From IMG/VR virus record IMGVR_UViG_3300029928_000026: a stretch of 34,877 nt of DNA, one strand, 5' to 3'. Made by a program: the position numbers and the translations under genes. Positions within the stretch are counted from its first letter, which is position 1, and every line of letters starts with the position of its first letter. The notes below the pieces were generated by a model, which was not told where the DNA came from, did not search any database, and saw nothing but the letters and a program-made list of their open reading frames with translations. Of this stretch, positions 15,743 through 24,407 are shown one piece after another. Source of the DNA: a virus.

Positions 15743-18283
15743 GTGAATGGTATCTACGGTATAAGGGTAGACCAGATGAACTCCGATACGTTGTACAGCC
15801 AACTCGTCGATCTCGGACTGGGAGTATCGCGCGAAGGATCAGTATATGACTGCCAGGGAGAATATGCGGTTCTCGGGGACAAGCAGCTAATCTGTGCGAA
15901 GGGCAAGATAAAGTACAGAGATATCGGAGAGATATCCTATGTCCCCATGGACGGAACGCTGACCATGTTCATCAAGAACGGCGGCGAGGTCGTATGCAGA
16001 GTATGCAACGGATTGGATCTGGATGAATCCAGCTACCCCACCATTCCCTGGTTCCCCTGCACTCCGAAGAGCTTCAAGGAGCTGGTCACGGACATAGGGC
16101 TGCAGGAGGTGCAGTACACTCCGCCCGCTCCCAGATCGAGGGAGGGCACGGTCGTCAGGGATCTGTACGGGAAGGACGAGCTGCCTCCGTTGCAGGCCCC
16201 GACCACCATCTCATCCCTGGTCGATATGATGCCGGCGATGTTCGGAACGGATTTGGAGAAGTGCTTCTGGTATGACGAGCTGACAGAGAAGCAGATGGTG
16301 GACACGGCGGCCTTCGGCAAGGACATGGGCATCAGGCCCATGAGCGATGAGCTGATGTGCATCTACCACGATTGCGTCGAACGCAAGCTTGCGGCGATGG
16401 GCGCCTCCGGACGTCTGCCGTCCACTTCTGTGCGCGATGAGGCTCTGAATGTGATGTTCGCGGACAATCACCGCAATCAGTTCCGCGAGTGGCTTGAGGA
16501 CCTCCATTGGGACGGCGTTCCGCGCATCTGCACGATGTTCCGCGACCTGTTCGGAGGAACCGCTCCCGCGCTCCGCACCATGTCAGGGAAGACCACTGTC
16601 GATGAGGAGAAGTATCTCGCGGATGTCGCCGAGGCATGGATTCTCGGGGCCGTCGCCCGCGCATACGAGGAGACGAAGCACGAGGTGGTCCCTGTGTTCA
16701 TCGGAACCCAGGGAATCGGAAAGGGAACCGTGCTGAAGTACCTGGCGGGCAAGGACGAGTGGTATAGGGATACGACGGTGGATTTCAAGGACCCGGGAAG
16801 GTTCCTCGATTCCATCCGCGGAGCCATCATCGTGGAGCTGGGAGAGGGAGTGCAGCTTGATACCGACGATCTCGGCACGCTCAAGGCATTCATCTCCAAG
16901 TCCTCGGACCATATGAGGAAGGCGTACGCAAGGCACGATCAGGTCTATCCGAGGCATTTCATCATGGCGGCGTCATCCAATACGGACACGCTATTCAACG
17001 ACCCCACCGGAGCCAGACGCTTCTATCCCATCTACTGCGACCCCGCAGTTCAGAGAGCCCACGGCAAGGTGATCCCATCTCACGGAAGGCCTCAGAAGCT
17101 TCAGGAAGAGGTCGAGCAGATATGGGCGGAGGCCAGATACCTGTATATGGAAGGTCACAAGTGGTATATCGCGGATGCCGAGGCCAACGAACGCTCCGTG
17201 CGCATGCAGTCGTTCTGCTCCACCGAAAGGGAATCTGACATCATCGCCGAATACCTCGACGACCCTCTCAACGGATTCGCCGATACAGGCGCCATAGTAT
17301 CCAAAGCGATCGTTCTAACCAAGGTGTTCGGACTGGACCCCCCGTTCATGCGCATCCCTGAGGATGTGAACAGGGCGTGGAAGCAGTGGACGTCGTTCTG
17401 TCCCGGCTGGGAGAGGGTTCCGAATCCTGTGAAGCTCAATGGAAAGACCACGAGGGTCTACAAGCGCATCCACATGCCCGACGACATCCCCAAGAGGAAG
17501 ACGTTCAACATGGTCGATGGAGGTTCGTACGAGGACGCTGTCGAGAATGCCGACAAGGATGTGCCTGATTCCGATACGCACAGGGATGACGACCCGTCGG
17601 GAGGGGCCGACCCTCCTGTCGAGCCTGAAGAGCCCAGGGATGAGCCTGAAGAGACCTCCGACGGCGGCATCCCTCCGCTGGATGAGGGGACATTCATCCA
17701 TATGGTGAACGATCTCGGTGCCGCGACCGCGGCATCCGAACCCGAGGACATCACGAATGTGGTGACGGAAGAGGACAGAGAGGTCGAGAAGGCATACAAC
17801 GAGGCGGTTCGCATCCCCAAGGATGTGCCGCTGATCGAACTGTGCTACGACCCGATGTATTCACTCCGTGGCAAGTCCTCGGCGGAGCTGGAAGCCGCTA
17901 TGGAGGAGGACCGTGAGACCGCTCGCAGCAATATCGAACGGGGCAAGGACCCGAAGGTATGCTCTGCGGAGCGTGTCAGCATGTGGAGGGATGCGGAGCG
18001 CCTTGCGAAGGCGGCAGGAGCCGATCCCGATGTGATGTACGATACATCGGAATATGTTGCAATGGACGACCCTGTGCCGAAGGGCGTGTACGAACCGCCG
18101 ACCCCTCCGACCCCTCCCGCCGATCTGATACGGGCATGGGCGGAAGGAAGAGGATATACCGACGGGACCGTGATACCGAGATCGTCGGTATCCGAAAGGG
18201 ATGCCGATCTTCTGCTAAAGGAAGGGTTCGCGGTGATGTCTGCTCCGGGCAGCCTGCGTCTGGTCAATCTCATGCGAGGCTAG
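15743..18283 (+). CDS. VapE-like SF3 helicase (replication initiator/helicase) with long acidic C-terminal extension
   Basis: Walker A GTQGIGKGT, Walker B IVELGE, then RKAYAR, SSN and DPTGARRF, all matching the VapE family. Start GTG 15743 or ATG 15776. Confidence 0.85.
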   Translation: MNGIYGIRVDQMNSDTLYSQLVDLGLGVSREGSVYDCQGEYAVLGDKQLICAKGKIKYRDIGEISYVPMDGTLTMFIKNGGEVVCRVCNGLDLDESSYPTIPWFPCTPKSFKELVTDIGLQEVQYTPPAPRSREGTVVRDLYGKDELPPLQAPTTISSLVDMMPAMFGTDLEKCFWYDELTEKQMVDTAAFGKDMGIRPMSDELMCIYHDCVERKLAAMGASGRLPSTSVRDEALNVMFADNHRNQFREWLEDLHWDGVPRICTMFRDLFGGTAPALRTMSGKTTVDEEKYLADVAEAWILGAVARAYEETKHEVVPVFIGTQGIGKGTVLKYLAGKDEWYRDTTVDFKDPGRFLDSIRGAIIVELGEGVQLDTDDLGTLKAFISKSSDHMRKAYARHDQVYPRHFIMAASSNTDTLFNDPTGARRFYPIYCDPAVQRAHGKVIPSHGRPQKLQEEVEQIWAEARYLYMEGHKWYIADAEANERSVRMQSFCSTERESDIIAEYLDDPLNGFADTGAIVSKAIVLTKVFGLDPPFMRIPEDVNRAWKQWTSFCPGWERVPNPVKLNGKTTRVYKRIHMPDDIPKRKTFNMVDGGSYEDAVENADKDVPDSDTHRDDDPSGGADPPVEPEEPRDEPEETSDGGIPPLDEGTFIHMVNDLGAATAASEPEDITNVVTEEDREVEKAYNEAVRIPKDVPLIELCYDPMYSLRGKSSAELEAAMEEDRETARSNIERGKDPKVCSAERVSMWRDAERLAKAAGADPDVMYDTSEYVAMDDPVPKGVYEPPTPPTPPADLIRAWAEGRGYTDGTVIPRSSVSERDADLLLKEGFAVMSAPGSLRLVNLMRG

Positions 18284-18285
18284 AC

Positions 18286-19650
18286 ATGACCAGATGGAAG
18301 CTCGCAGAGCATCAGAAGGACGGGATATATGCGATAGATTCCAATGGGAGCATACTCCTGAGCTACGACATGGGTCTAGGCAAGACCGCCACCGCTCTGA
18401 TGTGGCTCATCAGGCAGTTCAGGATCCATCGTTTGGAGGACGCATTGGTGATCTGTCCCGCATCGCTGGTCCCCAACTGGCTCGCGTCGTTCGATACGAT
18501 GGCCAATTTCGAAGGAGTCGGTCCCGCGGACGTTGCCGAACTGAAGAAGCGTGTCAAGGTGACATCGTTCCAGAAGACCTACAAGGTCGATAAGAGGGTT
18601 GTCAAGCATCGCAACGGAACGACCTCGGTCAAGAAGACCACCGTCCTGCGCGAGGATGTGGACAAGCATTGGGGAGCCATCATAGTGGACGAATCGCACT
18701 GCATAGGCAACCATGAGTCCAAGCAGACGAAGGCGTGTCTCGCGCTTGCAAGGCTCACCAAGCATCATATCCTCCTGTCCGGGACGCCCGTCTCCGGAGG
18801 GGGCGGGTCGGAGGACTTCTCCAAGCTGTACGGACAGATGAAGTTCCTCGATCCCGATATATATCCCGATTGGAAGGCGTTCTGCGCCCGCTACGTCGCC
18901 ACATACGACTTCTGGGGAAAGCCATCTTCGTATCATTCTAAGGAATGCAGGAGGCTCTTGGAGGACCATGCCGTGGTTGCTCGTCTGGAAGACTGCTTCG
19001 ATATGCCCGGCAAGGCCGAAGAGAGCATGCCGTGCGAGCTCGCGGAGAAGAAGGCGTACAACGATGTCCGCAGAGGGAAGACTCTGCCGTACGGAGTGGA
19101 GATCAAAGCCGCGGGAGGGCAGTATCCCAAGATGCTTCAGATATGTTCCGGCTCCATGAAGAGGGATGATGGCACGATAATGACGTTCCCCTGCTCCAAG
19201 GATGCCGTTCTCAAGAGCCTGCTGCAGGGAACCGACGATGCGGTCGTGGTGTTCTGCAACTATCGCGCCAGCATAGATCGTGCAGAAAGCATCGCCAAGG
19301 AGGCGGGACGCGATCCGCTCGTGTTCGACGGACGCTCCAAGACCCCTACGTGGAAGGATTTCCAGTCCGGGAAGGGGGATGTGCTGATCTGCCAGTATCA
19401 ATCAGGAGGAGTAGGCATAGATCTCTACAGATCGCACACTATGGTGCTGTTCGAGCCCACATTCTCATCCCTGCTGCTCACGCAGGCTCTTGCCAGGACG
19501 TATCGCAAGGGTCAGGAGACCCGTTGCATGTATTACTTCCTGACAACCGTCAAAACCGTCGAGGAGAAGGCATGGGAGACGGTTCGTTCGGGCAAGGATG
19601 TGACGGACAAGCTGATGTCGGATTGGGCATCCAAGGGATTATACCTATAA
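18286..19650 (+). CDS. SNF2-family (SF2) helicase, 454 aa
   Basis: YDMGLGKT, IIVDESH, LSGTP, QSGGVGIDL and QALARTYRKGQ motifs. Start re-called at ATG 18286. Confidence 0.9.
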   Translation: MTRWKLAEHQKDGIYAIDSNGSILLSYDMGLGKTATALMWLIRQFRIHRLEDALVICPASLVPNWLASFDTMANFEGVGPADVAELKKRVKVTSFQKTYKVDKRVVKHRNGTTSVKKTTVLREDVDKHWGAIIVDESHCIGNHESKQTKACLALARLTKHHILLSGTPVSGGGGSEDFSKLYGQMKFLDPDIYPDWKAFCARYVATYDFWGKPSSYHSKECRRLLEDHAVVARLEDCFDMPGKAEESMPCELAEKKAYNDVRRGKTLPYGVEIKAAGGQYPKMLQICSGSMKRDDGTIMTFPCSKDAVLKSLLQGTDDAVVVFCNYRASIDRAESIAKEAGRDPLVFDGRSKTPTWKDFQSGKGDVLICQYQSGGVGIDLYRSHTMVLFEPTFSSLLLTQALARTYRKGQETRCMYYFLTTVKTVEEKAWETVRSGKDVTDKLMSDWASKGLYL

Positions 19651-19660
19651 TTTTATATAG
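19651..19660 (+). promoter_or_regulatory. TATA-like box (TTTTATATAG) upstream of the recombination genes
   Basis: AT-rich intergenic box about 60 nt before ATG 19720. Confidence 0.45.
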
Positions 19661-19719
19661 GTTGATGATATACATTGTATTGCACTCAATCAAGTGCATA
19701 AGAGAACAGAGGAAAGAAT

Positions 19720-20634
19720 ATGACAGAAGAACAATCGGTCGCACCGGTTTTCAACAAGAAGGATGCGGCCTCGTTGTATAAGAAGGTCAACGAGCTGAGG
19801 GCCGACCTCATGACCCGCGACTGGACGGACGACAAGTTCCTTCAGATCGGGTCCGGCGGCTACAGATTCCTTTCGACCGACAAGATGCTGAAGACCGTAT
19901 CCCCGCTGATAGCGATGCACGGTCTGGAGCTGCGTGTGGAGATCAAGGAGCTCCAGCAGAGGGATGCTCTCGACAGGATGCCTCAGCATTGGACTCTGAG
20001 GGCCGATGTATCCCTGATAGATGTGGATACAGGCATGGCGGACACATCCGTGGTTTACGCGGAAGCGGCAGACAACGGAGACAAGGCTCTGCGCAAGGCG
20101 CACACCATGGCGATCAAGCAGTGGATTCTGTCCAAATTCCTGATTGCCGACGGAATCGACGAGCTCTACGAGACGCCTGAGAAGAGGTTCAAGCCGAAGA
20201 CCGAGGAGGAGCAGCAGGAAGCCAAGAGCCGCGTCCTGTCCATGGGAGAGAAGCCGTCCAAACCCGAACCCGAAGAGCCCAAGAAGACTGTCAAGAAGAA
20301 GCCTTCCGAGCCCAAGGAGGAGTCCAAGGCTGAAGGAGAGGCTCCTGCACCTGTCGAGGCTTCCAAGCCCGCAGAGAAGCCTGCAGAGGCTCCTGCGACG
20401 AAGTCGCCTGAGAACGGTTCCGGTGTATACGTTCATGGAATCGAGGTCAACAAGTTCGTTGCGGAGCTCTCCAAGCCTCAGTTCAACATGATCGAGAAGG
20501 CTGTCGAGGGCAAGATGCAGCTCCGTGACGCGGGAGCGTTCGGAGAGGACGAATACAGCATGATGCTGAAGCATCTCGGTGCCATCGAGACCAAGAACGA
20601 TGCGATGTCCTTCATCCGCATGTACAGGGAGTGA
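19720..20634 (+). CDS. ERF-family ssDNA annealing protein (304 aa)
   Basis: YRFLSTDKMLKTVSPL...HGL and AADNGDKALRKAHTMAIKQWILSKFLI match the ERF pattern; P/E/K-rich linker follows. Confidence 0.75.
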   Translation: MTEEQSVAPVFNKKDAASLYKKVNELRADLMTRDWTDDKFLQIGSGGYRFLSTDKMLKTVSPLIAMHGLELRVEIKELQQRDALDRMPQHWTLRADVSLIDVDTGMADTSVVYAEAADNGDKALRKAHTMAIKQWILSKFLIADGIDELYETPEKRFKPKTEEEQQEAKSRVLSMGEKPSKPEPEEPKKTVKKKPSEPKEESKAEGEAPAPVEASKPAEKPAEAPATKSPENGSGVYVHGIEVNKFVAELSKPQFNMIEKAVEGKMQLRDAGAFGEDEYSMMLKHLGAIETKNDAMSFIRMYRE

Positions 20635-21698
20635 GCAGGATGGATCAATATCTTCCTCCGAAGGCGGGATTCACAGTGGATGGCGATGTCATCCGTACCG
20701 ATGGTTCCGTCAAGAGGAAGGTAACAGGCACCACGATGGGCGGGATACTGGACTGCTCTCCGTGGTCCTCCCCGTTCCAGGTGGCATGCCAGCTGCTCGG
20801 ACTCGCCGACAAGGACCTGTCGTCGAAGCCTGCCATCATCGCAGGCCAGAAGTGCGAAGAACCCATCATCGCCTATGCAGGAAGGGCATATGCCGACAAG
20901 GGCCTCTTCGTGCCTGCAAGAGAGATCTATGGAATCAAAGAGGGAGGTCATGAGAACTGGCCTTCCGACTTCGATGACGAGATATTCGCAGGGCATGTGG
21001 ACGGCATCGTGGTGGATCCCGACGGAAACGACCACATCCTCGAAGTGAAGACGTCCAGCAACATGGACATGTGGGCGGAGGGAGTGCCGGAGCATTACTT
21101 CTGGCAGGTCGCGCTGTACAACGAATTCGTTGCGAAGTCCGATACGGCGTATGTCCTGCTCGGAGTGATGGACCCCGAGTCTCTGAAGGACCCGGACGCA
21201 TGGGTTCCGAGCGAGAGCAACACTGCCCTGTTCACTCTGAACATCGACAGGGATGCGGTCCGCGAGAAGCTGGACGAGGTGCGTGCGTGGTATCACGAGT
21301 ATATCGACGCATTCGCCACGCCGCCCTGCAATTCGCTCAACAAAAGAGACATGGAGCTGTTCATGAGGCTCTCGGGCATTGCGGACGACTCGGAATCCAT
21401 GGAGAGTCTGCTGGATGAGTATTCTGCGGTGAAAGGCAGAATCGATGCTCATGAGGCGGAGATAGAGGACGATTACGAGACCGCTGATGCGCTGAAGACG
21501 CGCATCAAGGATTGGATGGTCGCCCATAACGAGGATGTCCTGATGTCCAGGAACAAGGGATTCCAGGCCAAGATGGTCGTCAAGGAGTCCAAGGTGCTGG
21601 ATACGCGCCAGATGGAGCTCCATGGAATCGATCTGGCTCCATACTGGACGGTCAAGACCACCAAATCATTCACGGTGAAACCGGTAAAACGCGATTGA
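20631..21698 (+). CDS. YqaJ / lambda-exonuclease-like viral recombination nuclease
   Basis: GTTMGGILDCSPWSSPFQV, GHVDG, LEVKT and PEHYFWQV motifs; C-terminal coiled coil. Start GTG 20631 or ATG 20640. Confidence 0.88.
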   Translation: MSRMDQYLPPKAGFTVDGDVIRTDGSVKRKVTGTTMGGILDCSPWSSPFQVACQLLGLADKDLSSKPAIIAGQKCEEPIIAYAGRAYADKGLFVPAREIYGIKEGGHENWPSDFDDEIFAGHVDGIVVDPDGNDHILEVKTSSNMDMWAEGVPEHYFWQVALYNEFVAKSDTAYVLLGVMDPESLKDPDAWVPSESNTALFTLNIDRDAVREKLDEVRAWYHEYIDAFATPPCNSLNKRDMELFMRLSGIADDSESMESLLDEYSAVKGRIDAHEAEIEDDYETADALKTRIKDWMVAHNEDVLMSRNKGFQAKMVVKESKVLDTRQMELHGIDLAPYWTVKTTKSFTVKPVKRD

Positions 21699-21733
21699 AA
21701 CGATTTCGAGAATATAACAAAGAGGTATCAGAA

Positions 21734-22204
21734 ATGGCATACGAAGTAGAAGAGTGGGAATTCAGTCATGTGAACGATGCAGAGCTCGTCAGGGATCAGG
21801 TTCCTGACGGATGGAGGGATGTGAAGATCGTCACAGCCTCCTATGACGATACGGGCAAGTACTCCATCCGTGTCGAGGACCTAGATGGATCCCACGCGAG
21901 CGAGTTCACCAACTACTATCTGCTCAAGTCCGGCGAGGACGGATCAATCCAGAAGAACGCCATGTCCATCGGGTCTCTCAAGACCCTCGGAAAGGCGCTC
22001 TTCGAGATGGAGGATGGATTCCCTCCTGCACACTGCATCATCGGCGGAGTCGTCAGGGCGGAGATCAAGCACAAGGTCAGCAACAAGACGGGCAGGCAGT
22101 ACATGAACATCTACAAGTTCGCTCCTGCACCCGAGGCCATGGTGCTTTCGTACAGCGACATCGACCAGTACTACATCCCTGATGGGGAGGAGACATCCGA
22201 GTGA
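21734..22204 (+). CDS. Putative ssDNA-binding OB-fold protein (DUF669-like), 156 aa
   Basis: Position after annealase and exonuclease; VPDGW..VKI and ..VRAEIKH...YMNIYKF pattern; acidic tail; GAGGT SD before ATG 21734. Confidence 0.6.
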   Translation: MAYEVEEWEFSHVNDAELVRDQVPDGWRDVKIVTASYDDTGKYSIRVEDLDGSHASEFTNYYLLKSGEDGSIQKNAMSIGSLKTLGKALFEMEDGFPPAHCIIGGVVRAEIKHKVSNKTGRQYMNIYKFAPAPEAMVLSYSDIDQYYIPDGEETSE

Positions 22205-22208
22205 AACC

Positions 22209-22226
22209 GAGGGGCTCAGGCCCCTC
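22209..22226 (+). terminator. Hairpin GAGGGGC-TCAG-GCCCCTC
   Basis: 7-bp stem, 4 nt after TGA. Confidence 0.5.
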
Positions 22227-22247
22227 AATATACAGGAGATGCGAGAT

Positions 22248-22664
22248 ATGAATCCTAACACGACACTCTATTTCATCAACAGGATCAGGCGCGTAGGAAA
22301 TTCTCTGTATCTGGTCATCCCCCATGCGACAGGATTGGATGAGGGCGAGCTCGTCACTGTGGCCATCCGCGATGTGGAGAGCGGCAAGACTGCTCTGGTC
22401 AGGGACAATCTGGTATCCACAGGCAATTCCATCAAGATACGCATCCCCTCCAGGGTGCAGGATATCCTGAAGAAGGATATGCTGGTTCAATGCGGCATCC
22501 GCATAGGTGCCGGGAATCCGAGCAACCTCGTATGGGAGTATACTGGGAAGACCGGATACAGCGTGAGCGAGGACATGAATGTCGGAGGCAAATACATCCT
22601 CCCGGACATGGATTCGAGCGACATCTACCCTGGAATCGCCGGAGACCGCGATGACAACTCCTGA
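22248..22664 (+). CDS. Tandem AbrB/SpoVT/MazE-like (swapped-hairpin) DNA-binding protein, 138 aa
   Basis: Two repeats: RIRRVGNSLYLVIP..GLDEGELVTVAI and NLVSTGNSIKIRIP...KDMLVQCGI. ATG 22248 lies 9 nt after AGGAG. Confidence 0.7.
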   Translation: MNPNTTLYFINRIRRVGNSLYLVIPHATGLDEGELVTVAIRDVESGKTALVRDNLVSTGNSIKIRIPSRVQDILKKDMLVQCGIRIGAGNPSNLVWEYTGKTGYSVSEDMNVGGKYILPDMDSSDIYPGIAGDRDDNS

Positions 22665-22944
22665 GGGAGAGATCAAGGATTCCATCTGCGCATACCTGCG
22701 CAGTCTGTCTCCCGAGCTGTGGTATTACAGAGCGCAGGGGGGAGCATACGGGCATCCGGGAGTTCCCGACCTCGTATGCTGTCTCAAAGGCAGATGGGTC
22801 GGACTCGAAGTCAAGACTCCCAGAGGACGTGTCAGCGGATTCCAGGAATCCTGTCAGGAACAGGTGCGCGAGGCGGGCGGGATATACGAGATCGTTCGCA
22901 GCGTGGACGATGTCAGAAAGGTTTTAGAACCGCTTATGCGATGA
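22651..22944 (+). CDS. VRR-NUC domain nuclease (97 aa)
   Basis: PEGEIKDSI, GVPDL, GLEVKTPRGRVS..Q and GG.YEIVRSVDDV motifs; start re-called at ATG 22651. Confidence 0.9.
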   Translation: MTTPEGEIKDSICAYLRSLSPELWYYRAQGGAYGHPGVPDLVCCLKGRWVGLEVKTPRGRVSGFQESCQEQVREAGGIYEIVRSVDDVRKVLEPLMR

Positions 22945-23065
22945 CACATCGCATTCATTGACATGGAAACCTCTTCTGAAACTTCTTATCTCAAACGCGG
23001 CTTCGACGGGTAATTAAATTGATTTGGCATTCGATCACCCGGACTTTCGCTCATCGAAGCTGCGA

Positions 23066-23080
23066 CCTATTTTAATAATC
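23066..23080 (+). promoter_or_regulatory. TATA box of the virion operon (TATTTTAATAA), probably leaderless at ATG 23099
   Basis: TATA-like box about 25 nt before ATG 23099, which has no SD. Confidence 0.55.
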
Positions 23081-23098
23081 AGATTCCATTTGCAGGGC

Positions 23099-23887
23099 AT
23101 GGTCGTCGAAGAGCTTCCGGAACCCACGTACTGCTCGGTACGCGATGTAGAGGATGTTCTTTCTCTGCCTGACCCGAACGATCCGATGGGGATATTCAGA
23201 TTCAGCGACGTGTCTGTTCCTTCATACGAATACGTCTGCAAGCTCATTCTCGGAGTAGAGGATGAGCTTGACCGTCGTTTGGGACAGGCGTGGAGGGAGG
23301 TCCGTGTAAGAGATTATGTCACATCCATCAAGACCTATGAGGGCGATAGGAACGGATGGAGGATGGAGATGTACCGCAACGGAGGAGAGTATATCCAGCT
23401 CCATAAAGGTGCCTTGGCTCTGGACCCGACCAAAGGAGACAGGCTCTGGTTCAGGACCCTGTGGAACACATGGTACGATGTCACGGATATAGCATCCAAT
23501 CCTCCTGAATTGGACGGATACGGAGATATGCCCATGCCGTACAGGATGTTCAGATGGTGGATGGACGGCGATTCTGGAAGGCTGTTCCTCCGCTCCAATC
23601 CGATTCTGACACCGCATGTGAACGCGGTGCGTATAACATACCGCTGGGGACAGGAGAAGGATGAGAACGGTGAGAATCACATCCCGTTCGGGATAAACCG
23701 TCTCGCCAGTCTGATGGTAGCCAAGAAGATCGTGGTCATGGATGTGTACGCGGTCAAGGTCGGAGCAGGAGGAGACATCTCCGGTGTCAGGAATGCGCTC
23801 CTGCATGAATGGGATGTGGAGATCGGCAATCTGATGTCTACATATCAGAGGTCGGGAAGCGTGCATTCCCTGCTCCGCGGGAGCTGA
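23099..23887 (+). CDS. Head-tail adaptor (SPP1 gp15 / HK97 gp6-like) with insertion, 262 aa
   Basis: TYCSVRDV at the N-terminus, NAVRITYRWG and IPFGINRLASLMVA; position at the start of the tail operon. Confidence 0.7.
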   Translation: MVVEELPEPTYCSVRDVEDVLSLPDPNDPMGIFRFSDVSVPSYEYVCKLILGVEDELDRRLGQAWREVRVRDYVTSIKTYEGDRNGWRMEMYRNGGEYIQLHKGALALDPTKGDRLWFRTLWNTWYDVTDIASNPPELDGYGDMPMPYRMFRWWMDGDSGRLFLRSNPILTPHVNAVRITYRWGQEKDENGENHIPFGINRLASLMVAKKIVVMDVYAVKVGAGGDISGVRNALLHEWDVEIGNLMSTYQRSGSVHSLLRGS

Positions 23888-23889
23888 GC

Positions 23890-24381
23890 ATGATACCGGA
23901 GACGCCCTTGTTCACGGACGATGCCAAGGTCCTCGGAGAGCTGCTCCGCAGAGAGTGGTCCCTGCCTCCTGGGAAAGAGCCGTCCATCGCATACGATGTC
24001 CGTTCATCGGTCACGTCGTCGCGCTATGCGTCCGTCTTCATCTACATGGTCAACAGATCCACTCGCATAGCATCGGTGGATTACAACCAGTTGGAGAGGG
24101 TGTCGCACCTGGCGATAAAGGTGAATGCCACATACAGGGAGAATTTCTTGGAAGTGGTGCAGGAGATAGAGCGCATCATCATGTCGTGTCGCAGGGCAGG
24201 AAAGACCAATCTCGGAGGATATACGTATGTCGAAATGACATCGGAGCGGTTCTCCAACGATCTGTCAGGATACTATTCCTGCACGATCGAGGTCCGCATG
24301 ACGTCTCACAATACGCCGTTGCACACGGCGGGGATGGCATCTCCTGTGAATGAAGCGGTGCATGAAAGGCAACCATATTAA
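23890..24381 (+). CDS. Tail terminator / tail completion-like protein (163 aa)
   Basis: Size and position between adaptor and tail tube; alpha/beta pattern ending YYSCTIEVRM. Confidence 0.6.
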   Translation: MIPETPLFTDDAKVLGELLRREWSLPPGKEPSIAYDVRSSVTSSRYASVFIYMVNRSTRIASVDYNQLERVSHLAIKVNATYRENFLEVVQEIERIIMSCRRAGKTNLGGYTYVEMTSERFSNDLSGYYSCTIEVRMTSHNTPLHTAGMASPVNEAVHERQPY

Positions 24382-24407
24382 AAACAGATAGTGGAATCGG
24401 GATTATC

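Noticed and set aside
2254-22250. Extra ATG directly after the SD at several genes (2261, 2668, 4764, 22239) as a uORF mechanism
   Set aside because: Spacing to the SD is only 0-2 nt. It is more simply explained as part of an extended GGAGGTGAT-like SD match.
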